A stretch of DNA of 64,000 bases from a candidate division WOR-3 bacterium (lineage in GTDB: Bacteria > Hydrothermota > Tepidihabitantia > Tepidihabitantales > Tepidihabitantaceae): the NCBI GenBank assembly GCA_965649165.1, contig CBFGJT010000003.1, positions 30,826-94,825 on the forward strand, written 5' to 3'. The position numbers were made by a program, and so were the translations under genes. Under the pieces are notes generated by a model. The model made no database searches and had not been told where the DNA came from. It saw only the letters and a list, made by a program, of their open reading frames with translations. Shown here piece after piece: positions 16,942 to 26,103 of this stretch (positions are counted from its first letter, which is position 1; each line of letters opens with the position of its first letter).

Positions 16942-19900
16942 TCAGTGCTGGATGATCAGCTTACCGGTGCTGACCCTCTGATCCTCAACAAACCGGGTAA
17001 GGTAGATCCCGGCGGTCAATCCGGCTGCATCCACCCGGTAGCGCCCGCCCGCAGGTATTTTCACCGTCAGCACCAGCTGCCCCGCTGTTGAAAACAGCTC
17101 CACCGTTGCCGCCAGCCGGCTGGTATTGACAAACCACAGCTCCCGGTCCGCCGGATTGGGCGTAACCCGAACCCCGGCAGTCGCAGGCCGAACCGGACCG
17201 GCACCGGCAGCAGCCGAACGGACCGGCGGTGTGCGGAACAGACTCATTGTGTCCGGAATATAGACATAGAACTCATTCGTCGAGTTACCCCGCAGCGCCC
17301 AGACCTGCTTGTGCAGGAAGGTAACTGCACCTCCTGCTTTCACACGTTTGCCCGCCGGACCGGGCGGCATCGGTGCCAGCTCAAACCAGCTATTATTGGC
17401 AACATTATAGCAGTAGAAGAAATCCCGATTGCCACCGGTGAGTGCATAAAGCGTATTTACCCCATCACTCGTCAGACCGCAACCGTCCTTGCAGCGCGAC
17501 CGCTTGCCTGAAGATGAGTAGTCGGGCACGCTGGATCTCTGAACCCAGCGGTCTTCCTCGATCGAATACTCATAGAACTCATTAACCGTTGACTTGATTG
17601 CAAACAGCCTTTCATTCCCATGCGCACACAGCGCGGAACCGGACTTGAATTTCTTGGCCGCCCCCCCGATCGGTGCCTGTGCCCGTGGATACCACTGATT
17701 GACAGTAACTGAATAGACGTAAAACTCAAGCGTATTGGAACCCTTCAACAGATACACCTCAGCGGTATCACCTCTGGAGACAAACGCCAGCCCGGTTCCA
17801 CCCTTGAGCTCCTTGGCGCCGGCCGGGACATCGGGCAGCTGCTCCCAGGTGTTATTCAGCGCATCAAATCGCCAAAACTCCAGTGTATTGTTGCCTTTGG
17901 TGGCATAGACATACCGCTCACCATCAGAACAGAGCGCGCCACCCTTATTCACCGGCTTACCAGACGGACCGGCAGGTATCTGAGGCAATGTCCGCCAGAC
18001 TCCAATTGAAGCATCATATTTATAGAACTCCCTGGTCTTATTGCCCTTAAGCGCAAATACGAACATCGAATCGGCCTCTATCGCTGCCAACGCGCCACCC
18101 GCCTTTACCGGTCCGCCGCCCGCTGGGACATCAGGCCGGCGCAGCCAGCCGATCGCACCGGGGGAGACTTTGAGTTTAGCGGCAAATGTATCGTTAGCCG
18201 GGTTAATATCACCGGTCACTACTACCAGTCCGACAAGACGGTAATACCCCACCGTTGCCGTCCAGGATGGCAGCCTCACTTCCCGCATCTCACCCGGCAC
18301 CAGCGCCTCGGCCCAGGCGGTGTCAAAGTATGCGATATTACCGCTGACCGTATCGGTGATTGTGAGCTGTACAAAACAGTTCTCACTTGCATCCCCCAGA
18401 TTGCGGATACGGACAATCGGCGCCACTGCCATCGGTCGCATCTCACCCTGAGGTATAAGCGCAACCACCGCCACATCATGAGTCACCACCTGACAGGTCG
18501 CACTCAGAGTGTCGTTCCCTTGATTTCGGTCTCCGAGCCCGACCGAACAGCGCACCAGATACCGGCCACCGGTTGCGTTCCAGGATTCAAAAGTCACATC
18601 GGAAATCGAATCCGGAAGAAGACCGCTTACCAGCGTCGACTCATAGTATACCGGGATTGTGTCGCCCAGCCGTTTGATTTTAAGATAACTCATGAAACTC
18701 TTGGACGTAGGAGAGAAATTACGCACCCGCACCATCGGCTTCAACATACCGGGATCCACCTGGCCAATCGGAGCCAAAATCGCCTCCACTCCGACATCGG
18801 TCCCCGCAACCTGGACCGAACCAATTGCCACATTGTTTCCCGGATTTTGATCCGAAACCAGCATCGTTGAGCAGCGCGCCACAAAACTTCCCGGTGTATT
18901 CGCCTGCCACGCCGGGAAGGAAATTACTGAGTCAACGCCTGCAGGCAGACTGACCAGAATCTGGGCAATATACCCATCGGTGACGGTGAAGCGGCAGCTG
19001 AAATTCTCCTGAACCGAACTGTAGTTCCTTATCCGTGCACGGGGCTGAATCACGCTGCCCGAATCAACAATCCCGCTCGGTGCGACAATCGTCACCACTC
19101 CAACATCATGCACCACCACCGTCACCCGGGAACTCATGGTATCATTGGAACGGTTGATGTCATTGTATACATAAGTGGAGCAGAAAATCGTGACCGGACC
19201 CCGTGGAGCATTCACGCGCCAAGCAGGCAGCTCCACTTGCTCCACCGCCCCGCTGTTAATCACCACCTGTGCTGAGTCACGATAGTAACTGCCAATACGT
19301 ACATAGACCCGAGCATTTTCCTGGACCGAACCGAGATTTGCGACCACCACCCGCACCGGTACTAAAGCCCCGGAATCAACTTGAGCTCCAGGACTGGTAA
19401 CCCCCTGAACCGCGAGGTCGTGGATGTTGATTGTGAAACTGCCGGAGATGCGATCATTGCCTGATCGCATATCCCCGGCAAGCTCGGTTGAACAGACGCT
19501 TACATAGGCGCCACGCGGTCCACATGTCCAGTCGGTAAAGTTAATAACCACCGAATCTCCCGGTGCCAAATTGCTCACAGACGCTTGAGCGCTCCAGTTC
19601 ACCGGACCGTTGATCCGGAATTTGAGCGTAAAACCCTCGCTCGTATTACCGAAGTTTCTGACCTTCGCCCGTACGGGGATTGTTGGCATGGAATCGATAT
19701 TGCCAACCGGAGAAATAATCTGAGTGCAGCCAACATCCCGCACCCGGACAAACGTATTGGCAGTTATCAGGTCGTTTCCGGGATTATTATCACCACTGAG
19801 CTGAGTTGAACACCGGACCGTATGAGCGCCCCGTTCCAGCGCAGTCCAGGCCGGGAAATTTACGGTATCAATCACGCCCGAAGCCAGTGTTTTCGTCCGG

Positions 19901-22413
19901 ATCTGATTATAGCTCGTACCCCCGATCACCAGCCGAACATTAAAGGTCTCATTCGTGTTTCCGTAATTGCGCACTGTTGCAACTGGATACACGACTGTAC
20001 CGGAATCCACTGCCGCCGGAATCGTTATTGATACTGCACCCGCATCCCGGTAGCGGACAAACACCGAACCTGTCAGATAATCATTGTTCGGGAAGGTATC
20101 GCCGGCAAGCATAGTCGAACATTTGACCGCCAGATTACCGGCAGGAGCCGCAGTCCACTGGGTAAACTGAACTATGGCTGAGTCGTTGCCCCAAATCTGA
20201 CTGACGATCTCATTGGCGGTATACCCGCCTCCAATCGTAAACCGAACCGGTACATTGGCAACCGGTACCGGGAGATAGTTTCTGATTACCGCGGTCGGAT
20301 TGAGCACCGTTCCATAATCAACGGTACCCGAAGGGGTGATAATCCTTGCGACCCCAACATCAAGCCGGGTTGCAACCACCTGACAGGAATCCAGGTCGGG
20401 CAGATAGTTGGGCTTGGAGGCGGTGACATACATATAACCAGGCGTAGTCGGATTGATAGTAAATGTAACCTGACCGGAAGCATTCGTATAATTACGTTCG
20501 TAAACTTCACTGCCTTTCCAGACACAGACCAGCGCCTGCGATACCGGATTGGATCCTGATGTTACAGTAACAGTGAAATTCTGAATGCCGATATTAATCG
20601 GATTGGAGAAATTTGCGTTCAGCTGCACCGGGACATTTTCATACATCAGCTGCAGCGGATCACCGAAGTAATTGAGTTCAAAGTAGCACCACCGCCACGC
20701 ACCCTCTCCACCGTTGGCCCAGCCACGATAAACCTCCTTAGACTCAGCATGGGTTAAAGCAATCGGCATGGTATCATGGTTAAAGAAATAATCATAAAAC
20801 CGGATATCCAGTTTTTCTGAAGGACCGAGCACCGGCGGTGTGCCCCAGCCATAGCGCGAGTTCATAATCACCGAAAGGGCGCCACCAGTTGCGCAGTTGT
20901 GAGTGGCTTCAGCAAGACAATCATTGTACTCAAAGTTTCCGGGATAGCAGGCGATAGAGTTGATCAGTCCGACCCGAGAACCATTGTTATGACCGGAGAT
21001 CACCGAGGTGCTGTAATAAGCGATTGAGTTGTGATAAATGCCGTAATCGTTGCCATGTCCGACCATATGACAAAACTGAAACCCGTGGTTCAGCGAATCC
21101 CGCACCATAGTGGTATTACCCGGATTTTCAATATAAACATCGGACCAGCCGGAAGGTGTAATGTTGGCAATTGAGTCATTTGACTGGGTCTCATCATAAT
21201 TGCTCCAGAGATAACCGCTCACCAGAAGAATCCGGCGTAGATAATCGGTTGGCGGATTTGATTCATGCGTAATCACCTTGTTGACAAAGGTCTTGACCTG
21301 ATTCGTATCGTCAACGCTCGCCCGGCCAACATAGAGGTCATAATATAAATCGGTAGTGTCAACCCCATACTGACCAAAGATGTTGTCATTATTGGAATCC
21401 CAGGAATACTGCAGATCGACATAGTACAGGTCACAGGGGATATTTCCGATTTCTCCAGCACAGGTAGCACGTGCCCGCCGGGCGGGTACGACTGCGGTAT
21501 CACCGCCTAAAAGCACCCACATCGTGCCGTAATTGTTAAAATAATCACGGATGAAGTTTCGGATCTTCTCGGGCAGATCCCGACCTGAGTAATTGGAATT
21601 AATCCAGCTGGTTGTCCGGATAATCCCGGAATAACCGAGTCTTTTACGCCAGTTCAGCAGCCGCTGGAAATAGGGCTCAAGCGTTGAGTTGGTAATGATC
21701 ACATAATCATAAGTGCCAAAATCAGCGGGCCTTGTCTGCGGGGCAAATCGACTGACATCCTCGGGGTTTATTACAATTGATCTCACCGCCGCGCTGAACA
21801 GCTGCAACTGTTTTGCGGTCAGGCTCGAGAATCCTGCTGCCGGATCCGGTTCATAGACAACTTCAATCTTCATATTCTGACTGAGAAGATAACTGCCACT
21901 CACCGGATCATACCGCACCGGGTAAATCACAATATTTACCAGCCGGAACCCGGATTTGATACCCACCGGGCTTATCCAGTAGCGCTCCTCGGGCCAGGGC
22001 TGAGTTCCCTCGTAAATTTCGCGCTCAGGTGAAACAAAGGGGGGAAGTTCGGATGCAGATAACGGTACTGGAGGCTGGGCTGGATAGGGTAGATATTCTG
22101 CTTTAATCGAGGTAATACCATCCTCAGTCACCCGTACTTGTCCCACCTTCATTCCCTGGGGAATTACAAGGGTGAAACTCCAACAGGGTAATATCGGCTT
22201 CCCGGTTTCCCGCACGTAATCCATTTGCAGATTGTGATGCTCCGACACCGCATTTCTGCCAGGGTTAACTAGGGTGAAAATCTGCCCATCCCGTTCCAAT
22301 GTCTGCACACCAAATGAATTTGCACGGAACTGAAAACTGGCGGACCAGCCGGCACCAAACAAATAACCGGCTGAAAGTCCCAAGAATATTATGACAAATA
22401 AAATACGCCTCAC
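16942..22413 (-). CDS. Giant secreted gingipain-like C25 peptidase, CARDB repeat, Kelch repeat protein with T9SS sorting domain
   Basis: Signal peptide. C25-type catalytic region (YDYVIITNS, LLGGDTAVVPARR, HMVGHGNDYG, INSIACYPGNF). Seven CARDB-like repeats, then Kelch-like repeats (..EFY.Y......W..). C-terminus VELFSTAGQLVLTVKIPAGGRYRVDAAGLTAGIYLTRF...GKLIIQH. GTG start 4-5 nt after AAAGGAGG. Confidence 0.85.
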   Translation of the reverse strand: MRRILFVIIFLGLSAGYLFGAGWSASFQFRANSFGVQTLERDGQIFTLVNPGRNAVSEHHNLQMDYVRETGKPILPCWSFTLVIPQGMKVGQVRVTEDGITSIKAEYLPYPAQPPVPLSASELPPFVSPEREIYEGTQPWPEERYWISPVGIKSGFRLVNIVIYPVRYDPVSGSYLLSQNMKIEVVYEPDPAAGFSSLTAKQLQLFSAAVRSIVINPEDVSRFAPQTRPADFGTYDYVIITNSTLEPYFQRLLNWRKRLGYSGIIRTTSWINSNYSGRDLPEKIRNFIRDYFNNYGTMWVLLGGDTAVVPARRARATCAGEIGNIPCDLYYVDLQYSWDSNNDNIFGQYGVDTTDLYYDLYVGRASVDDTNQVKTFVNKVITHESNPPTDYLRRILLVSGYLWSNYDETQSNDSIANITPSGWSDVYIENPGNTTMVRDSLNHGFQFCHMVGHGNDYGIYHNSIAYYSTSVISGHNNGSRVGLINSIACYPGNFEYNDCLAEATHNCATGGALSVIMNSRYGWGTPPVLGPSEKLDIRFYDYFFNHDTMPIALTHAESKEVYRGWANGGEGAWRWCYFELNYFGDPLQLMYENVPVQLNANFSNPINIGIQNFTVTVTSGSNPVSQALVCVWKGSEVYERNYTNASGQVTFTINPTTPGYMYVTASKPNYLPDLDSCQVVATRLDVGVARIITPSGTVDYGTVLNPTAVIRNYLPVPVANVPVRFTIGGGYTANEIVSQIWGNDSAIVQFTQWTAAPAGNLAVKCSTMLAGDTFPNNDYLTGSVFVRYRDAGAVSITIPAAVDSGTVVYPVATVRNYGNTNETFNVRLVIGGTSYNQIRTKTLASGVIDTVNFPAWTALERGAHTVRCSTQLSGDNNPGNDLITANTFVRVRDVGCTQIISPVGNIDSMPTIPVRAKVRNFGNTSEGFTLKFRINGPVNWSAQASVSNLAPGDSVVINFTDWTCGPRGAYVSVCSTELAGDMRSGNDRISGSFTINIHDLAVQGVTSPGAQVDSGALVPVRVVVANLGSVQENARVYVRIGSYYRDSAQVVINSGAVEQVELPAWRVNAPRGPVTIFCSTYVYNDINRSNDTMSSRVTVVVHDVGVVTIVAPSGIVDSGSVIQPRARIRNYSSVQENFSCRFTVTDGYIAQILVSLPAGVDSVISFPAWQANTPGSFVARCSTMLVSDQNPGNNVAIGSVQVAGTDVGVEAILAPIGQVDPGMLKPMVRVRNFSPTSKSFMSYLKIKRLGDTIPVYYESTLVSGLLPDSISDVTFESWNATGGRYLVRCSVGLGDRNQGNDTLSATCQVVTHDVAVVALIPQGEMRPMAVAPIVRIRNLGDASENCFVQLTITDTVSGNIAYFDTAWAEALVPGEMREVRLPSWTATVGYYRLVGLVVVTGDINPANDTFAAKLKVSPGAIGWLRRPDVPAGGGPVKAGGALAAIEADSMFVFALKGNKTREFYKYDASIGVWRTLPQIPAGPSGKPVNKGGALCSDGERYVYATKGNNTLEFWRFDALNNTWEQLPDVPAGAKELKGGTGLAFVSRGDTAEVYLLKGSNTLEFYVYSVTVNQWYPRAQAPIGGAAKKFKSGSALCAHGNERLFAIKSTVNEFYEYSIEEDRWVQRSSVPDYSSSGKRSRCKDGCGLTSDGVNTLYALTGGNRDFFYCYNVANNSWFELAPMPPGPAGKRVKAGGAVTFLHKQVWALRGNSTNEFYVYIPDTMSLFRTPPVRSAAAGAGPVRPATAGVRVTPNPADRELWFVNTSRLAATVELFSTAGQLVLTVKIPAGGRYRVDAAGLTAGIYLTRFVEDQRVSTGKLIIQH
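18165..20372 (-). repeat. Seven tandem ~105-110-aa CARDB-like Ig repeats (protein level) inside the C25 gene
   Basis: Recurrent unit xDVGVxxIxxPxGxVDxGxxxxPxxxVRNxGxxxExFxVxxxI.., seen 7 times (LDVGVARIITPSG.., RDAGAVSITIP.., RDVGCTQIISP.., HDLAVQGVTSP.., HDVGVVTIVAP.., TDVGVEAILAP.., HDVAVVALIPQ..). The repeats are diverged at the DNA level. Confidence 0.7.
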
Positions 22414-22600
22414 CTTACCTCCTTTCCGGCGGTGGCGGAATTACTTAACCGCCGATTTTGAACTGAATTGATCTTGGAAGGGAATAACTGGGTTTTGAGA
22501 GCGCCCTGAATAGGAGCGTTCAGAAATGGTAATGCGCCGAGCCTGCACATGATTTTTAATAGTAGCCGCGCTTTTTTAATATGCCATTGCTGGCTGGTAA

Positions 22601-22629
22601 ATTATAGCAAAAACTGGCAATTCTGTCAA
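22601..22629 (-). promoter_or_regulatory. Perfect consensus sigma70-type promoter upstream of the C25 gene
   Basis: Minus strand TTGACA (22629..22624), 17-nt spacer, TATAAT (22606..22601). Implies a ~180-nt 5' UTR before the GTG at 22413. Confidence 0.7.
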
Positions 22630-22771
22630 TCAGAATTTCATGAAAATATGAAAATGTGCGAGTCAAAAACAAGGGCCAGTAACCGTCGCTCGATATTGAC
22701 TAAACCAAACCCTTAGTTATCATATGTATAACTCACGGTTGATTGAATATCCAAAACAGAAGGAGTAGACA

Positions 22772-23677
22772 ATGAAGATCATTATCACTGACCCGATTGA
22801 CCCTGAAGGTGTAAAAATCCTTACCGATGCCGGTTTTACCGTAGATGAAAAACCGAGCATCACCCCGGAAGAACTGCTGAAGGTCATTCCAGAGTATGAT
22901 GCGATCATTGTCCGCAGCGCAACGAAAGTCACGGCGGAGGTGATCAATGCCGGTAAAAATCTCAAGGTAATCGGCCGGGCCGGGGTTGGGCTCGACAACG
23001 TTGACCGCAAGGCGGCCGAGGCAAAAGGCATCAAGGTGGTCAATACACCGGAGGCAACCTCAATTTCTGTTGCCGAACTGGCACTGGGCATGATGTTTGC
23101 CTGTGCCCGTTCCATCCCCCAGGCAACCGCTTCCCTGCGCAGCGGCAAGTGGGAAAAAAAGGCATTCAAAGGGGTCGAACTCTTCGGCAAGACACTGGGA
23201 ATCATCGGTTCCGGTAGAATCGGAACCGAACTGGCGAAGCGGGCACTGGCGCTGGGGATGCGAGTGCTCGTTAATGATCTCCCCGGTATCAAGCCGCAAT
23301 ATGGCGAAACCTGCTCTCTTGAGCGGCTGCTGGCGGAGTCGGATTTTATTTCACTGCACATCCCCAAAACCCCCGAGACCTATCACCTTCTGAATAAGGA
23401 ACGATTTGCCCAGATGAAAAGAGGAGTAATCATTATTAACTGCGCTCGCGGGGGCGTGATTGACGAAACCGCTCTGTTTGATGCACTCCAGAGCGGCCAG
23501 GTCGCAGCGGCGGCGCTTGATGTCTTTGAGGAAGAGCCGCTTAAGGATTTCAGACTCTTCTCCCTGCCCCAAGTGATCGGCACACCACACATTGGTGCCC
23601 AGACACGGGAAGGTCAGCGTCGGGCAGGAATTCAGATTGCTGAAAAGGTCCGAGATGCACTGAAAGGAGCGATGTAG
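22772..23677 (+). CDS. serA: D-3-phosphoglycerate dehydrogenase-like 2-hydroxyacid dehydrogenase (short form, no ACT domain)
   Basis: GIIGSGRIGTELA NAD loop. ARGGVIDE and TPHIGAQT catalytic motifs. AGGAG RBS upstream. Confidence 0.8.
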   Translation: MKIIITDPIDPEGVKILTDAGFTVDEKPSITPEELLKVIPEYDAIIVRSATKVTAEVINAGKNLKVIGRAGVGLDNVDRKAAEAKGIKVVNTPEATSISVAELALGMMFACARSIPQATASLRSGKWEKKAFKGVELFGKTLGIIGSGRIGTELAKRALALGMRVLVNDLPGIKPQYGETCSLERLLAESDFISLHIPKTPETYHLLNKERFAQMKRGVIIINCARGGVIDETALFDALQSGQVAAAALDVFEEEPLKDFRLFSLPQVIGTPHIGAQTREGQRRAGIQIAEKVRDALKGAM

Positions 23678-24949
23678 ATGGCTGACGTACGACCATTCCC
23701 GGCGATCCATTATAACCCGAAAAAGATTGCCGATTTAAGTGCTGTAATTACCCAGCCTTATGACAAAATCAGCCCTGCGATGCAGGAGGAGTACCTTGCC
23801 CGGCACCCCTACAATTTTGTCCGACTGATCCTTCCGAAAGACGCCGATCCTTACAACAGCTCCGCCCGCACCTGCAGCGACTGGCTGAAACAGAAAATAC
23901 TGATTGAAGACACTCAAGCGGCATTTTATGTCCTGGAAGAGGAGTTTCAACTGGAAACTCAGACTCTGCGCCGCCGTGGTTTCATCGGTGCAATCAGGGT
24001 AGAGGAATTTGAAAAAGGCACAGTCCTGCCCCATGAATTCACTCATTCCGGTCCCAAGGCTGACCGGCTTAACCTGCTGCGCGCCACTAAAAAGGACTAC
24101 GAGCAGATCTTCCTGCTCTATCCGGACGAATCGGGAGAGATCGAACGCCTACTGCAAACCGAAGGTCCGCCCTTGATGGAGGCAATTGACGAATACCGCG
24201 TAGTCCACCGGATATGGAGGATTCACGCATCGTCTCGGGTCAATGCCCTGCATCAAGCACTACAGAACAGAGTATTATTGATTGCTGATGGCCATCACCG
24301 CTACGAAACCGCACTCAATTACCGGCAGGAAATGGAGAAAAAAAATCTCCTGCCGGACAACGCTGCCCCCAGATTTAAAACTGCTGCCTTCTTCAAAATC
24401 ACCGACCCGGGCCTCGTAATTCTGCCTACACACCGGCTGATCAAAGGTGTACAAATCCGGCAGGAAGAGCTGCTCCAGCGCCTCGGAGAAATGTTTATCG
24501 TAAAACCGGTCAATGACACGCAGGCAAAAACCGAGCTGGAACACAATCGGAACCAGCATGCCTTTATCCTTTATCTTGGACTGGGCAGAAGTTTTCTGCT
24601 GCTGCTCAAATCTGCAGATATTGCTCTGGATGCCCTCAAGGGGAAAAGTCCGGAGTACCGCCAGCTTGATGTTGCCCTACTGCATGTGCTAATAATTGAC
24701 CGGGTACTGGGAATCACCTCGGAAAAAGTTGAAAGACAGGTAGGCTATGAGCGTTACTGGAATGATGCCATCGCCCGCGTCAATTCCGGCGAATATCAGG
24801 TTGCTCTGTTTCTTAACCCCACACGGCCCGAACAGGTTCAGGCACTGGCTAAGAAAATGGAGCGTATGCCCCAGAAGTCAACCGATTTTTATCCGAAACT
24901 AATCTCCGGACTTGTATTTATGGATGTTGATGAAACAAAGACCCTCTAA
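23678..24949 (+). CDS. DUF1015 domain protein
   Basis: N-terminus MADVRPFPAIHYNP and the internal IADGHHRYETAL motif are typical of DUF1015. Its ATG immediately follows the serA stop (TAGATG), the usual serA-DUF1015 pairing. Confidence 0.8.
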   Translation: MADVRPFPAIHYNPKKIADLSAVITQPYDKISPAMQEEYLARHPYNFVRLILPKDADPYNSSARTCSDWLKQKILIEDTQAAFYVLEEEFQLETQTLRRRGFIGAIRVEEFEKGTVLPHEFTHSGPKADRLNLLRATKKDYEQIFLLYPDESGEIERLLQTEGPPLMEAIDEYRVVHRIWRIHASSRVNALHQALQNRVLLIADGHHRYETALNYRQEMEKKNLLPDNAAPRFKTAAFFKITDPGLVILPTHRLIKGVQIRQEELLQRLGEMFIVKPVNDTQAKTELEHNRNQHAFILYLGLGRSFLLLLKSADIALDALKGKSPEYRQLDVALLHVLIIDRVLGITSEKVERQVGYERYWNDAIARVNSGEYQVALFLNPTRPEQVQALAKKMERMPQKSTDFYPKLISGLVFMDVDETKTL

Positions 24950-25012
24950 ATTCTGAGCGTGCCGTTTAACTGAGTCATTCCTCAGGGGTGCTGAACCGAA
25001 TTTAGCGATATT

Positions 25013-25981
25013 ATGCCGGCAAACTTGACTCCAGAGTATAAACAGGCGGAGGAAAAATTCCGGCAGGCAAAAACTCCAGAGGAAAAACTCATCTGCCTGG
25101 AAGAGATGCTCGCCACTATCCCCAAGCACAAGGGCACAGAAAAAATGCAGGCGGACATAAAATCCAGAATTGCCCGCATCCGGCGTGAACTATCCGAAGA
25201 TCGGGGCAGAGGCAAACGCTTTGACTGGTACTCAGTCGAAAAACATGGTGCGGGACAGATCGCAGTTTTCGGGCCCCCTAACTGTGGCAAATCGGCGCTG
25301 GTTCACACACTGACCGGACTGAACACTGAAGTCGCCTCTTACCCATTCACCACCACCCGCCCACTAGCCGGAATGATGCCCTACGAGGACATACAGATCC
25401 AACTGATTGATACTCCTCCTCTTACCCCAGATTCGCCCGCATGGCTGTTTCACATCCTGCGGACTGCAGATGCGCTTTGCTGGCTGCTTGATCTGGGAGA
25501 CGATTCGGTTCTGGAAACAACGGAGCAGATCCGAGAATTGCTCGGCCGTCACCGGATTGGACTTACGTCAGAACCCAGCACAACAATCAAACCGCTGCTC
25601 CATCTCGGCACTAAGGCTGACGACCCGGAAGCCCAGGATCGCCTAACCATTCTTCGGGAACTGATGGGTGATGTTGACATTCTTTTAGTATCGGTAAAAA
25701 CCGGACAGGGACTTGAAGAATTCCGGCGCCGGGCATTCGCCGCACTTAATATCATTCGTGTCTATACGAAAAAACCAGGCAAACCGCCAGATATGAACGA
25801 GCCGGTAATTCTAAAAACCGGTGCTACGGTTATTGACGCCGCCTATCATCTGCACAAGGATTTTGCCCGCAAACTTGCCTATGCCCGACTCTGGCGGAAT
25901 CATGCCTTCACCGGTCAACGGGTAGAGCGGAGCCAGTGTTTGCAGGACCGGGATATCATTGAATTTCACATTCAAGAGTAA
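25013..25981 (+). CDS. DRG/Rbg-like (COG1163-type) GTPase with C-terminal TGS domain
   Basis: N-terminal helical region ...KHKGTEKMQADIKSRIARIRRELSE. G1 GPPNCGKS, G2 YPFTT, G4 TKAD. TGS domain IRVYTKKPGKPPDMNEPVILKTGATVIDAAYHLHKDF. Confidence 0.7.
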   Translation: MPANLTPEYKQAEEKFRQAKTPEEKLICLEEMLATIPKHKGTEKMQADIKSRIARIRRELSEDRGRGKRFDWYSVEKHGAGQIAVFGPPNCGKSALVHTLTGLNTEVASYPFTTTRPLAGMMPYEDIQIQLIDTPPLTPDSPAWLFHILRTADALCWLLDLGDDSVLETTEQIRELLGRHRIGLTSEPSTTIKPLLHLGTKADDPEAQDRLTILRELMGDVDILLVSVKTGQGLEEFRRRAFAALNIIRVYTKKPGKPPDMNEPVILKTGATVIDAAYHLHKDFARKLAYARLWRNHAFTGQRVERSQCLQDRDIIEFHIQE

Positions 25982-25999
25982 AACCGCGGAAGTTTTTAG

Positions 26000-26028
26000 T
26001 TGACAATCATATATAAAATTTATACTAT
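26000..26028 (+). promoter_or_regulatory. Candidate promoter of the OmpA-family gene
   Basis: TTGACA at 26000, then TATACT with a 15-nt spacer or TACTAT with a 17-nt spacer. A ~70-nt leader ends in GAGGAGG before the ATG at 26104. Confidence 0.5.
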
Positions 26029-26103
26029 AAAGGGTATGGTTAGTAAAAGGGGGGGGTACCCCGTTTCAATTCTGGGAAGTAATACAAACCGAGGAGGTTT
26101 GCT

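Noticed and set aside
22720-23367. 215-aa minus-strand ORF
   Set aside because: It is antisense to the SerA-like gene, Ser-rich and low-complexity.
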